In this document: piece after piece, positions 59,537-64,000 of the stretch | How the letters are laid out: each line of letters starts with the position of its first letter | Numbering within the stretch: position 1 is the first letter of the stretch | Source: Alloascoidea hylecoeti | Taxonomy: Eukaryota | DNA length: 64,000 nucleotides | Direction of reading: 5' to 3' | NCBI GenBank assembly: GCA_001600815.1 | Contig: BCKZ01000001.1 | Span: 788,613-852,612, forward strand | Position numbers and translations under genes: made by a program | Notes under the pieces: generated by a model | Database searches by the model: none | What the model was told of the DNA's origin: nothing | Seen by the model: the letters and a program-made list of their open reading frames with translations, nothing else

Positions 59537-61453
59537 TTAATTTATTTTAAAAAATAAATCTCTAGCTTCTTTACACTTCCCTAACCATCCTACCAATAAA
59601 CCTTTTAATTCAAACTGATAATCTGATAATGATATAAGATTCTTTTGTACCAAGGAATTAATCATCATACAAATTAATTTTATTCGCTTTTGTTGTTGAT
59701 AGTTAGAAACACGGTCTCTTTCGGGAATTGGTGAATCAGAAGATGAAGAAACCGCCGAGTTAACAGTTGATGATAATGTATTTGAAGGAGAGAAGAGCCA
59801 ATAATTAATATCTTCTTCACTGACATCAAGATATAGAAAACTATGAGCCAAGAATTCGTGTAATAAGTAAGACTTTTCTGAAATTTCTAAAGTAATTTTA
59901 TCTTCAGCATTAATTAATAATTTATGAATATAATCAATAACATTATGTGTTGGTTCAATTCTTGATAAGTATAATAAAATTTTGGATCTGAATTCTTTTT
60001 GAATATGTTCAATGTCATCAAAATCGTCTTCGGTTTCTTCACCACTATTCGATGATGAGCTTGAAATAGATTCCTTTTCCGAATGCCTTTGAATTGGTTC
60101 CATTTTAAAAGGAAGATCAAGAAGTATGTTGCATATACTTTCAGCAAGATCTTTATTATACATCATTATACAATCTAACATAGCATCATGCAATGCATCA
60201 TAAAATGGTGAAATGTGTGAGAAGATATAAATTTCATAATTAACGAACCAAAAATTCAATATAAACGTTAGTATTTTGAAATCGTCATCGTTGCTTGTTG
60301 GACTATGATGACTATATTTTGATTTGTGAGCTAAATGTTTAAGATAATGAATTCCTTGTTCAGCACTCATACTTAATGCTAGTTTTTCTCTTGTTTCTGT
60401 TGATATATATGTTAAATCATTAATATAGTTTATATCCTGACCTAAAAATTTTAGTTTATCTTTTAAAAGTCTCAAATCTAAATACCAATCGATATTTAAA
60501 TTTCTTGTTTCTGTAATATATGAACTTGTATTTTTTGTGAAAAAATTTTCTAATTCCTTTATGGTACCAGAATTTATTTCATTATTTAAAACAATAAATA
60601 ATAAATGTAATATTGATATATTTTTCTTTTTTCTTAAGATATGTTGTTTATATTTTAAAATGAAATAAATTAAAAATGGATTCATTGATAAATTATCATT
60701 TCCATCACTTTGGTATAATAACAAGCATCGATATAGTATTAATTGAATAACTCTAACAATTAACTGAATATTTTCATTGTTCTCATGATCTTCAATTTCT
60801 GCGATATTTGAAATACGATCCAATTGATCGATAATCAGCGTAAAATCAAGACACATTCTAAAAGCTTCATAACTATATTCCCTTCTATTTGTTTCATGTT
60901 TATTATTTTTCATTTCATTATTAGTAGTTGTATTCCTTGAGACATTATTTGTAAGTCTTGTTGGAGTTGAGGTTGGGTTAGAAGAAATATTTTCATCTTC
61001 TTCATAATCATCATTATCATTATTATTAACATTAGAATCATTATTCATATTTTTATTAATTTTATTATTTACAGTCTGTTGTTTTTTAATTTTATGTTTA
61101 TTCTTATTTTTTTTCTTCTTTTTTTTTCTTTTACTTGGAGTGTTGGTATTAGTGCTTGTGCTTGTACTTATTGAACCATTTTCACTCCCCTCATTATTTT
61201 CATCTTTTGGTTCATCAGTATTTAGAGTATTGAGTATGCTATCATAGACAAACTCGGCCATGTCGGAGATGGGGCTGACAGAGCTAGCAGTAGCGTTAAC
61301 GATAGCGACTATGACCTGTTGTACGGTAATCACAGAAGTGGTGGAGGATGATATAAGATTTGAGGTCATAAAGCGGAAAAGGGCATCATTGTTGGAATTA
61401 TAGGAGAAGACTGGGGGTAGAGATGGAGTACGTGGTGAATAATTTGTACTCAT
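59537..61453 (-). CDS. CCR4-NOT associated subunit, Caf130/CNOT11-like; start probably MSTNYSP at 61453
   Basis: C-terminal RIKLICMMINSLVQKNLI...YQFELKGLLVGW...EARDLFFKI resembles the CNOT11/Caf130 C-terminal domain; lies near LSB1/PIN3 as CAF130 does in S. cerevisiae. Confidence 0.7.
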   Translation of the reverse strand: MSTNYSPRTPSLPPVFSYNSNNDALFRFMTSNLISSSTTSVITVQQVIVAIVNATASSVSPISDMAEFVYDSILNTLNTDEPKDENNEGSENGSISTSTSTNTNTPSKRKKKKKKNKNKHKIKKQQTVNNKINKNMNNDSNVNNNDNDDYEEDENISSNPTSTPTRLTNNVSRNTTTNNEMKNNKHETNRREYSYEAFRMCLDFTLIIDQLDRISNIAEIEDHENNENIQLIVRVIQLILYRCLLLYQSDGNDNLSMNPFLIYFILKYKQHILRKKKNISILHLLFIVLNNEINSGTIKELENFFTKNTSSYITETRNLNIDWYLDLRLLKDKLKFLGQDINYINDLTYISTETREKLALSMSAEQGIHYLKHLAHKSKYSHHSPTSNDDDFKILTFILNFWFVNYEIYIFSHISPFYDALHDAMLDCIMMYNKDLAESICNILLDLPFKMEPIQRHSEKESISSSSSNSGEETEDDFDDIEHIQKEFRSKILLYLSRIEPTHNVIDYIHKLLINAEDKITLEISEKSYLLHEFLAHSFLYLDVSEEDINYWLFSPSNTLSSTVNSAVSSSSDSPIPERDRVSNYQQQKRIKLICMMINSLVQKNLISLSDYQFELKGLLVGWLGKCKEARDLFFKIN

Positions 61454-62228
61454 TTGCAATTGATAAATCGAATAAAAAAGTATAAAACAACACCCGAGAC
61501 AGTTCCAGGAAGATCGATAGAAAGTCAGGAATAGGTTCAAAGCAAATAGAAGCCAGTATTTCGGCAGATGGTATATTTTCGACGTGTACTTTGGGGGAGA
61601 GGGCTGAATCGAGGGAGAAGTCTTGGGCGAAGTCTTGGGAGGAGCCAGAAGGGAGGAGGATGTGTTGTATGAGCGAGTACCAAAACAGGATAAGATGAGG
61701 TTTTGATCTAACAAGACGGAAGTCGCAGGATTGGCTGTGTAGCAGTGGGGTCGGTCCTTCTCCTTTTTACGGGGGCTCATGGTCTTGCAATTGGGCCGAG
61801 GAGGTTTTTTTATGTCTTCAAGTTGAGGATCATAATAATGTTGGAGGAGGTTAAATTTTTGTAGCAAATAAGCACTTCTGCAAATACTTCTATTTATTTT
61901 TTCATGCCCTGAAATTAGGCACTCGCCAAATCTCAGTAGCAGAGCTACGGTGAAAAGTTGTGTATAACTTGCTACTTTATCTTATATAAAATGCGCCAAT
62001 AAATATTAGCATTTCAGGTCTTTCTTCTCAAGGACCCATCGTTTGCTATTTTTCAGTTCGTTGCCAGTTTTGAAAATGCAGAGGACATTAATATGCTTGA
62101 TCCCTCCTAGTTGCAACTTCTCTTCTTCACCATATACTGTGCAAGTATAAGTATAACTGTACACAGTATACACACTCCAACACTTCTTCTCTTCCTTTTA
62201 TCATTATAATATTAAGCTTCTTCGTTCG

Positions 62229-63064
62229 ATGTTAACAACCCAGAGCTCGCCAGCAATCACATCTTCTATCGTCCCTCTCATGATCATACGACGCTCTTCG
62301 TCTTCCGTACTTTCGCCTTTATACAAACCCCGGACTTCCAAAAAAAAGCATGGAAAGCGCATCAATACCGATAAATACAAGTGGATTCCTCGAGTCCCTT
62401 CAACCGAATTTCTTTCGCCCTCAAGTATGTTGTTCTTATCTTATCTATGTGAATAACTAAGTTACACCGTTAGCCGGAGCTGAACAGAACAGAACATCTG
62501 AATAGAACAGACAAAAAGTTACAGCTATCGAATAAATGAATGAATTATACTAACATCCCTTTTCTTTCAGAGCTATTCAAAGATGGACTTTTCTCGGGAT
62601 ATCGTCCTCTTCCGATGGTACCATCTTCCGTTTATCCATTACCCCCCAACCCCCACAACCCTGTAGATCCTAACCCGCGAACCGGGTACTTTCCTCCTTC
62701 CTCGTCTACCAAAGAAGACGTAGTACAAATTTCATCCTCAACTGCAAAAGCTGCTGGCCCTACCATTTTGGCATCTTCTCATCCTTCTTTGCGCACATCA
62801 CTATGGTCTTCTTCAGCGGCTGGGTTAGAACACTATCCAGAAATGGATAAATTTCCTAAATCTATGGTCGAAAATTTAAAACCTTTCCAACAACCTGAGT
62901 TACCCATTGAGATTAATATAATTACTGGTGAAAAAATCAATAACTCTTTGAATTTAGAAATGAGTAAAAAATCTAGGACTGATATAGAAACAGATGAATT
63001 AGAGGTAGATTCTACTCAACGAAAAAGAAGAAAGAAGAAGCTTTCTAAAGGTATGAAGAATTAA
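62229..63064 (+). CDS. Mitochondrial Pet20/Sue1/Mrx6-family protein; exons 62229-62424 and 62571-63064
   Basis: Intron GTATGT/TACTAAC/CAG gives PRVPSTEFLSPSKLFKDGLFSGYRPL; W.SSA.G.E.YPE.D..P...V..LKPF motif. Confidence 0.8.
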
Positions 63065-63614
63065 TTTTAAAAAAACAGTTCAAACACAAACATATTACAG
63101 ATACAAAATATAAAGATATTTTTGTTTTTCCTATCATATACAGCGATATCAACCACATAATTTCAGTTGTTATCTTTTGCACATTACATTTAAATGTGAT
63201 ATAATTATTAATATCTTCAAATATGTTTTTTTCAAGTTGATGAAACTTCCTTTTGTTATTATACTATCACTATTATTATTTATATTATATACATCTCATT
63301 TTTCTGAAATATTCGTCGTTGGCTTAAGTTGAAATTTGGTTTTGGTGGTTTTGGTTTTGGAATTAGTGGATTATGGAAATGGAGAGTAATGCTAGTTGAC
63401 TTTAATATATATTAATCTTATATCTATACATAAGTTAATTATAATAGATAACTATAAATATTTGCGTTTGTTTTAATATTAAATATCATTTATAGAATTA
63501 GTCACTCAAATTTGAGAATGGATATATGATATTTATATTTTTATGAATTCAAACTAGTGCTAGCTGTAAAACTGTCATAAAATCACAAATTTCTTAAGCT
63601 TGCATTTCGATAAA

Positions 63615-63998
63615 TCAAAATATAGAATTGATGACATCGGCACCCAAAGTCGCACCAGCACCGAAAACAGCAGCCTCTCCGAACCTAGAACCCCACTGTT
63701 TCATTTGAGAAGGCTGTTGTTGTTGAGGTTGTTCTTGAACAATAACTTGTGGTGCCGGCTGTTGTATAGGCATGGGGGGTTGATAGTAGTTAGCTGGAGG
63801 AGGAGGGTAAGAATATGGCATTGGTTGTTGTTGTGGAGGCCCTGGAGGAGCATTATATGCTGGTTGTTGTGAATAGTTATAATAATTAGGCTGAGTCATA
63901 GGCATTTGTCGCATGGTCGGACTCGTTGGTCTATTTTGGGGAGGGGGAGCTTGATAAAAGTTTTGTGCTGTTGATTGATGGTTACTGAGTTGTTTTTC
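63615..63998 (-). CDS. PIN3: Pin3/Lsb1-family protein, 3' part (5' end with expected SH3 domain lies beyond the window)
   Basis: P/Q/Y-rich region and C-terminal FG.AA.FGAGA.LG.D.INSIF; frame open to the window edge. Confidence 0.8.
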   Translation of the reverse strand, partial: EKQLSNHQSTAQNFYQAPPPQNRPTSPTMRQMPMTQPNYYNYSQQPAYNAPPGPPQQQPMPYSYPPPPANYYQPPMPIQQPAPQVIVQEQPQQQQPSQMKQWGSRFGEAAVFGAGATLGADVINSIF

Positions 63999-64000
63999 AT

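Noticed and set aside
61454..61867. N-terminal 138 codons of the 776-aa ORF
   Set aside because: TTG start and pyrimidine-rich UTR-like composition; probably untranslated, though an ATG at 61780 cannot be excluded.
1..64000. CRISPR arrays, rRNA, intact retrotransposon
   Set aside because: No repeat-spacer array, rRNA sequence or gag-pol ORF seen; the context is eukaryotic.

Overview
AT-rich, intron-containing budding-yeast (Saccharomycotina) chromosomal DNA. The standard genetic code is likely, since CTG falls at conserved Leu positions of TRM7. Protein genes: URA2, SPT10, NIT2, MTC1, RPL20, TRK1, two HXT-type hexose transporters, a 3-exon 51-aa CYSTM peptide missed by the ORF track, NUP85, a RING-H2 protein, RSM10, TRM7, 6-exon DET1, a Q/P-rich protein, an RTA1/RSB1-family protein, an MMT1/2-type CDF transporter, a Caf130/CNOT11-like protein, a Pet20/Sue1-family protein and the 3' part of PIN3/LSB1. 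I reconstructed 14 spliceosomal introns by hand. The top candidate is an unannotated ~900-nt structured RNA on the minus strand (about 33830-32915) with the element order of a yeast telomerase RNA: core-enclosing helix, CAUUC/GAAUG bulged stem, U-rich-loop pseudoknot, 5'/3' terminal arm and Sm site. Its template is not uniquely identified. Also present: a hairpin-rich intron in an apparently non-coding transcript (candidate H/ACA snoRNA), many decayed pogo/Fot1 and Tc1 transposon relics, a ~185-bp tandem repeat and a quadruplicated TATA box. All family assignments and RNA pairings were made by eye from recalled motifs; no searches or folding programs were run.
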